DNA of 64,000 nt, from NCBI GenBank assembly GCA_030704615.1, contig CM060732.1:52390001-52454000 (forward strand), written 5' to 3'. Both the position numbers and the translations under genes were made by a program. Positions 12,411 through 26,058 of the stretch are shown in pieces; position 1 is the first letter of the stretch, and the number at the start of each line of letters is the position of its first letter. Under the pieces are notes generated by a model. It was given only the letters and a program-made list of their open reading frames with translations. It searched no databases and was not told the DNA's origin. Source of the DNA: Takakia lepidozioides (taxonomy: Eukaryota > Plantae > Bryophyta).

Positions 12411-15400
12411 TCAGGTATGGAGCAACATGGGTGTGGAATCCACATTGGACTTTCTGACTACTTCAGCAGACTCGGCTCCTTGTATTCCAATAATAAATTG
12501 GAGCTCCTCAACCACCTCCTTCATTGTGGGCCTGTCCAGTCTACTCTCTTGCACGCAGCTGAGAGCCAACAAGGAAACCCCGATCATTGTCTCAACAATT
12601 TTTGGTGGTGCTGATTCCAGCAATCGTGGTTCAATTATATCAATGAGATCCTCATTTTCTGATTTGATCAGCGCATATACAGCAAGGTTGACGTGATCTT
12701 GGTCTCGGGTAAAATCAATAGCCTGTTGCCCTGAAACTAACTCAAGCAACACTACTCCAAAACTGTAGACGTCACTTTTGTCTGTCAACTGATAGTTGCG
12801 GTAGTACTCAGGGTCTAAATACCCCAGTGTGCCTTGTGCAGTAGTGGACACGTGTGTCAAATCTGGGGATGCCAACTTAGAGAGACCAAAATCAGATACC
12901 TTGGCATTGAGGGACTTATCAAGCAGGATGTTGCTCGATTTTACATCCCGATGATAGATGGGAGGATATGCTGCAGAGTGAAGGTACGCCAACCCCTCGG
13001 CCGTTTGATGAGCAATATTAAGACGTGTTTTCCAGGTAAGGAAGGTCCCTCTAGTCCCCTGTAAGTGCTCGAACAGATTTCCATTGGGCACGTACTCATA
13101 GATCAGCAGTGGCTGCTGCATATCCACACAGCAACCCAGCAACCTCACCAAATTGCGATGATTGACCTGCGACAGGATGCACACTTCATTCAAGACCTGA
13201 TCAACTCCTTTCACATTCCCCAATTTTGCCGTTTTAACAGCTACTATAGTACCATCTGCCAGTGTCCCTTTGTAAACTTCACCAAAACCTCCAACCCCAA
13301 GAATCTTGTCCTTTGAAAAACCATCGGTAGATTTTCTCACTTCCTTGCTTGTGAACACTTTAGCAGACTTTCCACCACTGTGAGCTGAAAGAATGTCTGA
13401 AAACTCTTTCATTCTGATGGATTCAACCAGCTGCTTCTTTCTTATCCTTTTGAATCTCAGCGCAATTGCCACATATGCCAAAACCAACAATACTGCACCA
13501 CAAACAAGACCTGCACCAGAAGCCCAGAATTTTCTATTAGGAATAATCTAGGAGAGACCATCAATAATGCAGAGGACCAAATGCATTAAAAGTAACAGTG
13601 TGTGTATTTCTCTGTGTTGTTCAACCTGAGATAAGTACATACACACAATAACTTGGCTTCATGACAAGAGCCTCAATATTTAGACCAGTCCCTTCCTTCT
13701 TTCTGCGCGGACTGCCTTTTCTGGAAGTCAATGCATACTCCTCCAAACCCACATTTTTCAGCATGTTTCCCCAAGCAAATTGAGAAGAAACAGGCACAAG
13801 CCACATGTGGAGTTTTCCCCCCTCCCTCACATAGGTGCCTTTAACATGTACGTGCATTCTCTTCAGTACTTCACCCTATCACCCATCGCCATAACATCAG
13901 CCAACCCACTTTTCCAGCTTCAAGTTGCACATGAACTTTCCTTATACACCAAGGAAAGAAGAATGGATAAGGAGAATACGAGTGGACAGACATGTGCAAT
14001 GTCAAATAATCTCATCAACTCAGGGCACCTGATCCAGAGTTTCTGATTAATGCTTGAGCAACAATGTCAGTGTATTGCACTGTCCCCTTGGCAGCCTTTG
14101 ATCATGATGGTACCATGTTTTGAAAGAATAGCCAATTGTTGGGAAATGGCCCATTTCATCGTGACAGGCCCCTCAAGATTTCCGGTCCAAAGGATTAACC
14201 AAATTCTCAACGTTGTTGGCAAATGGAGAAAAATACTGTAGAAGTGCAAAACATTACCTACAATCAGAGCCATCATATTGCTTTTGCGACCACAATTTGC
14301 ACCCCTCACAGCACACTCTGAACCTGCACTTCCACATGGAAATTAAGAACAGCAAGAAAAAAATGATACAAAGCTTGTTATTCATGAACCTGAAGCTTAA
14401 GGAACTAGAATGGGAAAATTGTTCCATAGTTCCAAGTCCGCCTAAAGAGTGGACAGCTCCAGATATGCTTGCGATATGTGTTCCCACCCCTACTATGAAG
14501 GATTTCATTTGCCAAAAACTGAGTCAAAGACATGGACAGGTTAACTAAAGGGACGCACCTCACACAAAACCATTTCATTGTACCAAGAAGTGCCATTCAG
14601 AGGAGGCACATACATACTCAAATAGTTGCACCCATAGAATCCAGAAATTGAAATTTAAACTGAACTTTGCTATTTATCAGGCAGCTCTCCCAACTCCATT
14701 ATGCAGTTGCTTAGAAGATTAGGGTTGGGTAGGAATCCAAATTGTTTGTTTTCAAAGAGAAACAATTGAAGCAGGCGCAATTATATCATGCATCTGACTG
14801 CTGCAGCTAACGGTGGGCAGAACTGTTTAACACACCTGGAGCGCAGGTACCATTAATGCTGTCCCACTTGTAACCAGGACTGCAAATACACTTGTGAATT
14901 GTGCTTGCAGGGTCAAAAACGCACTTGGACATGCCTTCACATGTCTGTTTAGCTCCACAAGAGGGTTCCGAAGGAACTTCCCATTGCACCTCAATGCCAT
15001 ACTCCCACGATGTTGATGATACCCGCGGGTTAAAATTTACCACACTTGTGTATGCTGAGCATTCTTGCGGGTTGACAGGTATGTTGTACGCAGCAGTTGG
15101 ACCCGCTTCAAAAGAGCAGCAGAGAGCTGTATCGCAGGCCTTCACTTTCGCCACCTTCCCTGCAAACTCCCTGCACGGGCTATTGTTGCTGCAGTTCAAG
15201 GGAGATCGCAGTAGTATCGACGTGCAATTGAGAAGCATAATCGTGTTACTGCTTGTGATGTTAAACGGAAGACTTTGATCCAGCGATAGTCCCCCACTCG
15301 CAAAGTCCGATGAGACACATGATGGCCCTGTTAATGTCGCTGGGGATATAACCATGCGTCCGGCAAGTGCATCGATACTAAGAATGGCACGAGGACCTGC

Positions 15401-15643
15401 TTTCGTGGGCAACTCCAGCTGCTTAGCAGCGTTGCAGTTCACATGATACTGTGGCTGCCCACAAGATTTCCCTGTGCTAAGCGGGTACGGCACACTCACC
15501 GTTCCACATTTGGAACACACAGCTGCCTCAACCAGAGTTACTGTCAACACCAGCCCTGCCATGAAGACCGTACCATATTGCCTCAGAGAAACTGCCACCA
15601 AGTGGTGCAACATAATGCCGCAGATACTGCTCCTTCTACCCAT
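12411..15643 (-). CDS. Wall-associated kinase-like (WAKL15/20-like) receptor kinase; exons ~15643-14836 and 13510-12411
   Basis: Exon 1: hydrophobic signal region, GUB_WAK-type CGTVSVPYPLSTGKSCG, and an EGF-like Cys module (CEGMSKC...CICSPGYKWDSINGTC). A phase-1 GT/AG intron joins G|LVCGAVLLVLAY (TM). Exon 2: complete RD kinase (GVGGFGEVYKG, VAVK, HRDVKSSN, DFGLS, GTLGYLDPEY). A small extra exon in the intron cannot be excluded. Confidence 0.92.
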
Positions 15644-16996
15644 GGTGCCCCCTTCCCCACATTTGCATATGCCTCGTGCAACTCCCTCAAACTCTACTGC
15701 ATCAGATCACCCGGGGCTGAAACTGTCTTTGCAAGTTTGCACCGAAGCTGCGCGTCACTTGTAGCTACATGGTTGGTCGCAACTGGACCGTGCTGTGATT
15801 CGTATGGCACAAGAGGCTAGTCCAAACCAAGTCCATTTTCAGCACAAGACTGTGTGTGGCATGCGCTCAAGTGTGACCAAACTCTGCTGTAGAAGTCGTC
15901 ATATTTCGGACCCAGTGATGTTGTTATAACAGCCGAGAGCATGGACTCATTCCCTCAAAACTCTACCAGCAAGAGGTGAAGTGCCCACTGGCCACACAAC
16001 AGCATCAGCTGAGTGGGTTCCGCAGCCACGAAGAATGGACCCGAGCACAGAGAGGGAGAAACTCGGGAGTCGGGAGCACTTGAGCAGCAACCTGGCGATC
16101 CCATTAAAACAGGCCCTGATACAGACCCAGGTGACATGCTCGACGTACTATCCAGCAGAGTACTACTCGTACGACTCCCCGAGACAGAAGGAGGGTGATG
16201 AAGTAGGCAGTTACACCACCATCTCCACCTTTGATGCCAACGGTACCTGCAGCCGCCGACATTCACTACCACCCCAGTCTACTGCCACTCACATGCACTG
16301 CTGACGACACTCGTCTCCAGCCAGGCACTGCCATCTTCCACTCCCTAACCACACACTAAGTGTAATTAGTGATGAGTGATTAGCACTGCGGCAAACCTTG
16401 AGGGAGGTATGTTGGAATGGTTGCGGTTGGGACGTGGGACATTGCTGTTGGAGGTTAGTAATTGTGCTGGTGGAAGATGTTCTACTAGGCTGGCAGCTGT
16501 AGATGCATGGGTCCCAAGCCAGCCCTTTTCATTGCAAATGTACCAACAACAGGCTGCAATGTCAACGACTTTTGTAACCATTTTGCAGAGGAGGAGGTAC
16601 AAGGACAGATAGACATGGATTCCTACATTCTCCTTGCCTGTACTGGTGCATGGTCAAAGCTGGATCACCAGGCCCTTTCTTACCTTGATGAAGTCCTACT
16701 CTTCTCAGCTTCCAACAAAGTAAAGGTTAATGGTATTATTTCCTGGGCCTCTCTATCCCATTAGGTAAGACAGGATGTCCACTGCCTCCTTTCCTAGTTT
16801 TTACAGCTGTAGTTAGTCTTGGTCAGATGGTGGATACTGGGCCAGATATGATAGAGTTGCGGCTGCCTCCACCCAATCCTACTATTAACATCTCAGGATG
16901 CCGCTGATACGTCTTGCTTTTGGACGATTATGACAAATAAAATATTGATAGGGCCTTCCAAGTTCTTAATTCCTTTTCGTTGGCTTTAGGACTTGA

Positions 16997-17817
16997 CCCT
17001 TAAGTTCCCAAGCCCTTTTTTGACTTTTTACCAATTTTGGGTACCCAGTTGCAGTAAATTGCCCCTAGAAACCTACCAAAAATCATCCAGAGATTCCAGT
17101 CTTATAGCAATAGGCCCAACTCATTTACGCATGACATACCAAAAAATGAGCCAAGTCCACCATGGAAATTGTGAGATTATAGCGTTGGCCCGGACCTCAA
17201 ATATCAGGTCCAAAGAAAAAGTGAGAAAGAAATTGGTTTGACCTAATCAAAACCTAGCTTTATCCAATTTTGCTTGCCCCAAGACCCACCATTTCCAAAT
17301 CAATAGTGGAGTGGCTATGACCCCACTAAATTGCAAGTCCAACTGATTTTCTCACCAATGGTTGCTATGCATGCAATTACATGGGGGTTGAAATCTCAAA
17401 ATTGACAACAGAAAATGTGCCTCCAAATGAAGTACTTTTTTTTCTACAAATTTTTTAAAAGCCAATGGTGGATGTGTGTATGTAATGCTCACACAGCACA
17501 AGGTGAAGCATTTTTTCTAAAATTGCTAATTTTCTGCCAAAATGGCCTATGGAGTGCAATCTGTTTTGGGCTTATTACCTGCCACGTTAGCGGTCAACAA
17601 GCCCTTTTCAGGCCCCAAAACGTAAATGAGAGATCTAAGATATTTTTTGTAGGTCATAGCTTTTGTTTTTTTTTAATTTTGTTTTTTTCATCGTACTCGA
17701 GACAAATCCTTTGTCATTAAAGCTTCAGGAGTGGGCCCCATCAGATTAGATCTGCAAAAATTAGGTCGAAGTGCAAATTCAAAGTGACCCGATTCAGGTC
17801 GCTTGGGAACTTAAGGG
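16997..17817. mobile_element. piggyBac-like non-autonomous element (MITE)
   Basis: Perfect 17-bp TIR CCCTTAAGTTCCCAAGC / GCTTGGGAACTTAAGGG; flanked by TTGA (16993-16996) and TTAA (17818-17821); no transposase ORF inside. Confidence 0.7.
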
Positions 17818-17869
17818 TTAAAGACTACTGAAATAAGTGAGTTGACTTCTTTTCCAAAGTGAATCCAAT

Positions 17870-18330
17870 GGTGCACTATGCTAACAAGTGGGATCAGCTG
17901 CCACAAATGTTCAAATCAGACAAACTTTGCAATCTTGTTGTGCTATAATAAGTGTATGCTAACTCTATACACCCTCACCCTTCTTCCCCCTTTGACACAC
18001 CAGCACTTACTGAACCAAAACACTCACCCAATTATGCCTAGCCTACGTATTGCCAACTATAACCAAGCCGTGTGGCAACTACACAAATTACTCTTTCACA
18101 ACATCATGAAACCATATGATACACCTTTATCAAAGCATGAACACACAACACAACCAAGAACCGCCTGCCATAACATCCCACCATGGCTCCTCCCACGCTC
18201 TTGCCCTACCTCCAAATGCTTCTCCCCCACACGTCCTTATGTTTAGATATTTTACTATCTACAGACCTACCAGCCCCTTCATCCCCCACTCACACCCTCC
18301 CAAGACCTCACCATCCACTTTATAAAATCC
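17870..18330 (+). mobile_element. Older degenerate fragment of the RLE-type LINE family (knuckle-to-endonuclease region)
   Basis: HPIMPSLRIANYNQAVWQLHKLL...NIPPWLLPRSCPTSKC aligns by eye with the 19200-19281/25460 and 32560-32770 copies. Confidence 0.65.
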
Positions 18331-18339
18331 ACTTTCTAC

Positions 18340-19281
18340 GGCTCGTAAACTGACACCCTCAGCTACCACACTGCAAGAACGGCAACGAGAAGGCAATATG
18401 ACGTGGTGCTTATGTGGAGCCTCTCCGTAAAAGTAGGATTTCCAGGGACTATTGCCTGGAAATCCGAAATGTTAGGGAACTGCTTTGTCGCGATTTGCTC
18501 CTTCTCGTCGTGGCCCTCATCTGGATCATTCATTTTTGCTTCTCAACAATCTGTTCCCGTGCCCACTGCCGCTCATGTGGTGGCGTTGGTTTATTCCCCC
18601 CATCATACTACATCTTTACAAACAACTTAACCTCATTCTTTTTCCTGCGAAACCACCTAGCCAGCCCATCCTTCCACCACCACCACCCAGACCGTAATCT
18701 TACTCAGCAATCATCACTCTCGCCATCTCAATCAACAAACCCATTTAATTCCTTAAAGTACGTTCACATACCAGAATCAACGGAAACGAGGAGGCTGACC
18801 TCCTTACCCAACTAAGGGCCTCCAAACCCCCAGTAGAACCCTCCACAGATCCCATCCATATTGCACATACACATCTTTCTGGCTAATACATCCAATCCCC
18901 CCCGAATCTAAACCTATTCATAACCTCCGCTCTACCCTATCTAAAGAAGCCAATAAACAAGCCACTGCATCTCTCAGTCACACCAAACAGCATATCCCAA
19001 AATGGAAACACTCCGCAGTATTTCGTCATAAACTGTCCCACCACTTCTGACACACTAAATCCGCTTCCGATGCACAAATTCGACAAACACTTAAGTTTAG
19101 ATTTGCCCAATATATGGGGCACCAACATAAGCATACCTTTTGGCCAACCATTTTTACATCCCCACACTGCCCCCTCTACTCCCATATAAAAGCGGTACGA
19201 GACACTTGGCCTCATATTCTCAGCAAATGCCCCCACCCAGTCATACATGGCCTTCGCATCTCCAGACATAATCAAGCCGTA
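18340..19281 (+). mobile_element. RLE-type non-LTR retrotransposon copy 1, 5' part, interrupted by an LTR element
   Basis: Degenerate CCHC knuckle plus RHN motif: HCPLY...DTWPHILSKCPHPVIHGLRISRHNQAV, typical of R2/R4/NeSL/Dualen-like elements; ends at TSD CCGTA 19277-19281; 5' boundary approximate. Confidence 0.8.
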
Positions 19282-19852
19282 TGTCACGGACATAGCCCAG
19301 AAGAACTTACCAGGAGTAAATACCAGAAGTTATCAAATTACCATGTTATCGGAAGTTATTATGATTTACCATAATTTACCATTATTTATGTTACTGAGAG
19401 TTATCAAATTACCAAGAGTAACTTGGGAAACTGCTCAGGAAGTTTCATTTGGAGGAAACTTCTCCATCAAGATACCTCCTTTGTTTAAGGAAGCTTCTCC
19501 ATCAAGAAACCTCCATAGAGGAAGCTTCTTAGGAGACTTCTTAGTAGCCAGTATATATAGGAGGCGAGACTAGACACTCTTCAGTCTCGCCAACACCAAT
19601 TCAATCTACTCTTATTTCCGGTCCCCAGTACTCTACCCCATCTTCCAATATCTAGTACTCCAGTCCAGTTTCCAGCATTCCAGTATTCAAGTCGTGTTCG
19701 AATATCTTGTACTCTTGTTCATTGTTATAAAAATCGTCTTGATTCCTATTTACTCATCGTGCATACGGCCACGCCGACCTTGACTTCTTATTTAGTCTTG
19801 TACCTCTAGTCTGATATCTTGTTTGTGTTCAGTCATGTTCTTGTCCTTGACA
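19282..19852 (+). repeat. 5' LTR of Ty3/Gypsy chromovirus
   Basis: TGTCAC...TTGACA termini; highly similar to the reverse complement of 25463-26058; TATA-like TATATATAG at ~19552-19560. Confidence 0.92.
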
Positions 19853-19854
19853 TT

Positions 19855-19866
19855 TTGGCGAGACTG
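19855..19866 (+). promoter_or_regulatory. Primer-binding site complementary to the element's own LTR (self-priming type)
   Basis: TTGGCGAGACTG is the exact reverse complement of CAGTCTCGCCAA at 19582-19593, ~22-30 nt downstream of the LTR TATA. Confidence 0.75.
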
Positions 19867-19911
19867 CAGTTTGTTCCTTAGTTAGTTAAGAGGAAAGACA
19901 CATTTGCGAAA

Positions 19912-22900
19912 ATGATCGCCACATTGCAGAGTCTTCAATTCCAAATGCAAGAACTTCGTGCCTTTACTGCCCAACTACAAGTTGATCAGTCTCAAGATCT
20001 TGGCAACGCTCTCAACATTTTGCAACAACAAATTTCAGAGTTAAAGGAGTCGGACAATGGATCTTCAACCTTACGAGTCCCTACTACAACAAATTCTACT
20101 GCAACGGTTCCTCCAAATCTTCAACAGATTACAAAGGAACCAAAGGTCAGCATGCCCGAAAAATTTGATGGGACGAGATTAAGATTTCGCGGTTTTTTCA
20201 ACAAGTACATTGTTCCTACGACTACATCCACAACGCTACCCTGATGAAAGTATTCAAGTGAGATTCGTGGGCACCCTTCTATCAGGCACTGCCCTATCTT
20301 GGTTTGCACCGCTATTAGAGAAAAATTCGCATTTACTATACATTTTGAAGCGTTCATGTCCGAGTTCACTGCAACGTTTCAGAGAAAGATAGAGAGAGAG
20401 TTGCAGAGACAAAGATGCGAAATGTTCGACAAAAGCCACGTCCAGCTTCCGTTTATTCTGTCGAATTTCGACAACTTACGTGCGACCTCGACTGGAATGA
20501 GAAGGGTCTCATTAGTCAGTTTCGATGTAGCTTAAAAGATGATGTAAAAGATTTGTTGCTGACAATGTCAAACGTGAGTGCACTGAGCAAATTCATCACC
20601 CAAGTCATTGCATGCGATAATCGTTTGTTCGAAAGACGTCAAGAGAAGCGATCTGGATGGTCGACGACGCACCATGAAATAGAAGAGATACAAACAAATG
20701 GATAGAAGGAGTCTTGCAACATTGACACTGATGCTGATACTACGACACCAAATACAACGATTCATCAGACATCCGGTAATGATCATATGTAGATTGATGC
20801 TGTCTGATTCAAGCCATTGACGCCACAAGAAAACAAAAATGGCGCTCAAATGGATTATATATTTATTGCGGAGAAGATGATCACATAGCATTAAACTGCC
20901 CCAATAAGAGAAGATTTAAAGCTCGGGGCACAACTCAAGTGTTCGATACGAAAAGGTCGGAAAACGAAGATGTCCAGTCATAATAGGGACCATGCGGCTG
21001 GACACCCCAAATTCCTCACACAAAAAAAATTTCTTTCTACCTCCAGACCCTCCAGACCTATACCTTGTTTCACAGTTCCAGTAAAGATCAAGATGCAAAA
21101 TCGCGATATCTCCGTAGAAGCACTTTTGGACTCGGGCGCTTCAACGTGTTTTATTGACAAAGACTTGGCGAAGCACACAATTTAAACGCTCGTAGAAAAA
21201 AATTATCGGCCCCTGTTGAAGTCATCGATGGACGAGACCGTTAACATCAGGAATATTGACCATGAAACTCGACCCCTTGAAATGAAGCTTAAAATCAAGC
21301 ATCACCTATTGTTTTCAAATGTCATCTAGTTCCAACAAATCATGTGATCCTTGGACTTCCCTAGTTTTTGTATTTCATAATCCCTGATATCGACTGGCGA
21401 TTACGAAAATTTCGGCAAGGACAAATGCCAAAGTACCAAAGGTATTCAACCCCTGTTTCTGGAGCTAGAGCCTTTATAAGAGCTACGAAAGAAACGCGAC
21501 ATTTGCACTTTATGCGACTCCCCGATCAAAACCACAACAGACCAAGGTACTTCGACATTACCCACTCAATATCAAGATTTCAAGGATGTTTTCGAGAAGA
21601 AAAATACAGACATGTTGCCAGAACATCGACCTTATGATTATGCAATTGAGTTACAAGAAGGAGCTCAACCACCATTCGGCCCGATCTACAATTTATCTCA
21701 GACAGCTGGCTACTTTCGCAAATATATTTGATGAAAAATTGTCAAAGAATTTCATTCGCACATTCGAAATCACCCGCGGGAGCACTTATCTTATTTGTGA
21801 AGAAGAAGAACGGATCGCTACGCATGTGTGTGGAATTATCGTGGGCTCAACCAAGTCACTATAAAAAATCGATACCCACTACCGCTGATTTCTGGACTCC
21901 TCGAACAACTTGGACGAGCAAATTTTTTCACAAAGATCGACTTGAGAAAAGCTTACAACCTTGTACGAATAAAAGAAGGAGACGAATGGAATACTGCTTT
22001 TCGCACAAGGTACGGACATTTCGAATACAGTGTTATGCCTTTCGGTCTTACTAATGCTCCAGCAATTTTTCAATACATGATGAATGACATTTTTCGAGAA
22101 TTTTAGATGACTTTGTAGTCATCTATTTGGACGACATTTTGATATTTTCTCAGAATGAAGAAGAACATGGTCGCCATGTACGTCTTGTCCTTGATAAATG
22201 AGGGAAAAACTATACGCCAAATGTGAAAAATGTGTTTTTTTCCAATCTGAAGTCGAATTTTTGGGCTACATTTATTCCGACAAATGAGTCTTTATGAATC
22301 AGAAGAAAATACAAACCATTTTCGAGTGGATTAAACCAACTTCGGTCCGAGATTTATAATGTTTTCTAGGATTTGCAAATTTATATAGAATCTTCATCAA
22401 TGACTTCTCCAAAATTGCTACACCATTGACACGACTCACAAGGAAAGACAAATTTGTATGGGACGAGAAGGCTGACCAAACATTTGAAAGGCTGAAGCAG
22501 GCATTTACAATGGCTCCAATACTGGTACATGCAGACCCATCTAAACCATTCTTTTTGGAAGAGATGCATCGGACTTTGCACTTGGCGCGGTACTCTCTCA
22601 ATACGGTACAGATGACCGACTTCACCCTGTTTGTTTTCGTTCTTGCAAATTCTCCGTTGCGGAGATCAATATGAAATCCATACAAGAGGCCTTCTAGCAA
22701 TTATCGATGCTTTTGAGGAGTGGCGTCATCTATTAGAGGAGCTAATATCAGGTCAATCTATAAACCCGATCACAAAACCTCGAGTATTTTATGAGTGCTC
22801 GTTTTTTGAATCGACGACAAACGAGATGGACTATGTCACTAGCAAGGTTTGATTTTGTTATTACCTACCATTCCGGACATCTTCAAAGAAAACCAGTTGC

Positions 22901-23130
22901 TCTTTCTCGACGATCGTTCTTGCGCCAAAAGAAGATGATGGCAAGCTTTGACCCAACAAAATCATCATCTTGAAACCAGCAAATCTCCAATTGAATATGA
23001 TATCCACCATGTCCACCTATGACGATGTAGAGATCATAAGGAGATTCAGAAGCACTGAAGAGTGACTAATTTGCTACGAGACTACGAAGGCAACTAAATC
23101 GACCTCGAGACAACCACATGTTACAAACGG
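19912..23130 (+). mobile_element. Chromoviral Ty3/Gypsy (Tcn1-like) gag-protease-RT-RNase H, frameshifted pseudogene
   Basis: Gag KEPKVSMPEKFDG...VGTLLSGTALSWF; protease ALLDSGASTCFID; [65 protein letters not shown]; RNase H LLAIIDAFEEWRHLLE. Confidence 0.93.
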
Positions 23131-24095
23131 GCACACTCAGCTTTTTTGAGGCCAATTGGCCCCCCTAAACTGCGGTCAGGTTAGGGTGACCGAAAGATAC
23201 CCCATAAAGGTTAGGGCGGCACGCTCCCCCAAACCCCTTGATTGCCCGTAAGGGGCATGGCGCCTGGCGCAGGTCGGCATTCCCAGGCCTGGGCCCTAGC
23301 CTGAATCGACGGCGATGGCAGCTCCGGCCAATGCCATGCACGGTGGGCTGGAGGGAGTGCAGCCACGATGGCGGCAGAGCTCGGGGCTCAGGAAAAACTC
23401 CACGAGGGGTGGGCCAAACCTAGGGCCGGGGTTTGAGAGGGTTCAGAGTGGAGTGGCCCCCCATGAAAGCAGGGCCGGGTAAGCCAGAGGAGCTCCCAAG
23501 CCCTGTGCCCTTCTGGGCTATGGCTCCAAATATCCTAGGCCTGCAGGTTATAACATAGGTGTGCCATTTGAAGTCTTAGGCAGGGAACCTAAAGATGTGA
23601 GGGCATTTACCGATTGGTCCCAAACTTTTTTGGGGATCTCATATGGATGTTCATGACACTTCAACCGGAGGGATTAGGAATTGAACGGCTGAATTTGTTT
23701 GTATAATTTTAGGAAAAGATATTTTGGCCTGCCCAAAGAAAATGGCATATTTTGACCCCAATTTGTCACTACAAAGGAGCCCACTTGATAACATTTCAGA
23801 AAAAATGGAAAAATTATGAGGATGTGTGTTATCAGGTATGGTACAACATTCTTGAGACTCTCAAAAAAAGAGAAATTAAAACTGCCCAAATACGAGCAAA
23901 CAACTGCTTTTTTGGCACCTATTTCTTAGTGAAGAGTTTTTTTTGTCCCCACTTTGTGGCAGGAGGTGGGGTAGGTGGGAAGTAATTCCAACGGTCAGTT
24001 TTACAAGGACATAGAGATTTTCCAGATAAAAATGTTTTTGTGGCAGGGTCCTGTTTTTCCACGAGAGGGTGAAAATGAGTATGGGCACTTAAGGG
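23131..24095 (-). mobile_element. One half of a second piggyBac-like element, split by inversion
   Basis: Ends TGGGCACTTAAGGG|TTAA (24082-24099), identical over 14 bp to the terminus at 33867-33884. Confidence 0.6.
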
Positions 24096-24537
24096 TTAAT
24101 ATAGTTGGTTTGAGAAAACATTCATCCATGTGAATTTTCAACCCTCTAATGAATAAATATTGTATTTTGTTGGAATGAAGAAATACTATATGCAGTGAAG
24201 GCTATATGTACTAAACCCCAAACCTTTCCAACCGTTATTTTTTATCTGCTTTATTATTTTTTCTCAAATGTTATGTTTTGGATTTTGACCTCTATCTGAT
24301 ATATCTACATAAATGTTATAATGTTTTTGCTCTATAGGCATAACAATTATCCAGGGTCGACTGTAACATTTTCGCTATTTTGGAGCCTTATTCGCATGAA
24401 TTCTATTTCCGTGAAAACATGTGTATCTTATTTCCGTGAAAACATATGTATCATATTGTCATGTTTTTGTGCTCACGTCTACGTTTTCATATGCTCACGC
24501 CATTTGTGCTCACCGTGTTGCCCCGTCCTACCAAACA

Positions 24538-24564
24538 CCCCCCCCCCCCCCCCCCCCCCCCCCC
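24538..24564 (+). repeat. Poly-C tract (~27 nt)
   Basis: Directly visible homopolymer. Confidence 0.9.
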
Positions 24565-24739
24565 TCGTTTGTGAGTTGAGAGAGTGAGAGAGAGAAGATT
24601 CCGGCCAAAACTGGCGTAATTAAAGGCCTTACCACACGAGCGGCAGTGAGCTGGAGTGACATGGAAGTCCCTGGCTAGGATTGTAGCACCTGTATATTAT
24701 GGAGAGTAGGCCCACGTTAGCAAAACAAAACCAATGCTA

Positions 24740-25462
24740 GAGAGAAGACCCCGGCCAAAGCTGGCGTAACTAAGAGTCATTTCGCCTTGCGGCTACTACC
24801 CCCTTTTGAGTGTGGGCCCTATATAAAGATGACAGGTGTCCCTGGGACATCGGGTATCCAGGGGTATGAGGTACCTTGGGTACCTAGGGTACCCAATGGT
24901 ACCCTGGGATACCAAAGATGGAGTGGATTCTAGTTTTCGCTTATTAGTTATGATAGCTGTAAGAGATCGAAGTGTTGTGAGGTGGATGTCCTTGAAGCAT
25001 GTATGGATGGAGATGATGGGGAGTTTAAATTTGTCTTGAAGTGTTGAGATGTTGTCGTTGTGTATGCCACCTCTAATGCCAGCAGAGATGACGGAAAGTG
25101 GGCCGATGACACCTCCCTGCCGGCGAATAGCTAGGATAAACGAGGCGTATTTCTGACGTTTTTCAAGGATGAAGGTGCTCGGGAAGCGGTCGTGGTAGTA
25201 CGTAAATTCGATGAAGTGTATGATGAGTGATGGGGAAGGAGTAAAGGGTGGGGGGCATTTATGGGGAGTCCCTGCACCAATAGAATGTCCGGGCAAAGTC
25301 TTGCGGGGCATGTGCAAGTAGTGTGGGATTGACAAATATAAGGTAATAGTCAGTTTGGTACTATATGGTTCTGGGATCTGCCTTGGTAAGTGCCCGCATT
25401 GATAAGTGAGAACCATCTGGTTCTTTTATGTCGTTGTAACAGTTTGTGGATGTGCCATACGG
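24740..25462 (-). mobile_element. RLE-type LINE copy 1, 3' part (restriction-like endonuclease, 3' UTR, structured terminus, CT tail), inverted relative to its 5' part
   Basis: Reads CCGTA|TGG CAC ATC CAC AAA CTG (AV|WHIHKL), in frame with 19281; IHFIEFTYYHDR...EKRQKY...VISAGIRGGIH is an RLE signature. Confidence 0.85.
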
Positions 25463-26058
25463 TGTTAAGGACAAGAACATGATTGAATACAAACAAGATA
25501 TCAGACTAGAGGTACAAGACTAGACAAGAAGTCAAAGGTCGGCGTGGCTGTATGTACGATGAGTAAATAGGAATCAAGACGATCTTTATAACAATGAACA
25601 AGAGTACAAGATATTGGAACACGACTTGAATACTGGAATGCTGGAAACTGGACTGGAGTACCAGATACTGGAAAGCTGGGCTAGAGTACTGGGGACTGGA
25701 AACAAGAGTAGCTTGAACTGTTGTTGGCGAGACTGAAGAATGTCCAGTCTCGCCTCCTATATATACTGGCTACTAAGAAGTCTCCTAAGAAGCTTCTCCT
25801 ATGGAGGTTTCTTGATGGAGAAGCTTCCTTAAACAAATGAGGTATCTTGATGGAGAAGTTTCCTCCAAAGGAAGCTTCCTGAGCAGTTTCCCAAGTTACT
25901 CTTGGTAATTTGGTAACTCCCGGTAATATGGTAAATAATGATAAATCATGATAGATCATGGTAAATTATGATAAGTCATGATAACTTCCGATAACATGGT
26001 AATTTGGTAACTTCTGGTATTTACTCCTGATAAGTTCATCTGGGCTATGTCCGTGACT
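25463..26058 (-). repeat. 3' LTR of the same chromovirus, inverted; polypurine tract at ~26059-26070
   Basis: Reverse-complement match to 19282-19852; followed (element sense) by TSD CCGTA; PPT AGGAGGGGG. Confidence 0.92.

Noticed and set aside
13621-13740. Extra WAKL exon (RKGSPRRKKEGTGLNIEALV...LISG)
   Set aside because: Looks like a plausible linker, but I found no phase-compatible acceptor; exons 1 and 2 already join in frame
24776-24805. Similarity to SSU rRNA helix 27 (GGGGAGTACGGCCGCAAGG..AAACTC)
   Set aside because: Short match with no flanking rRNA homology; best explained as a shared loop-E/GNRA motif, so no rRNA feature is called
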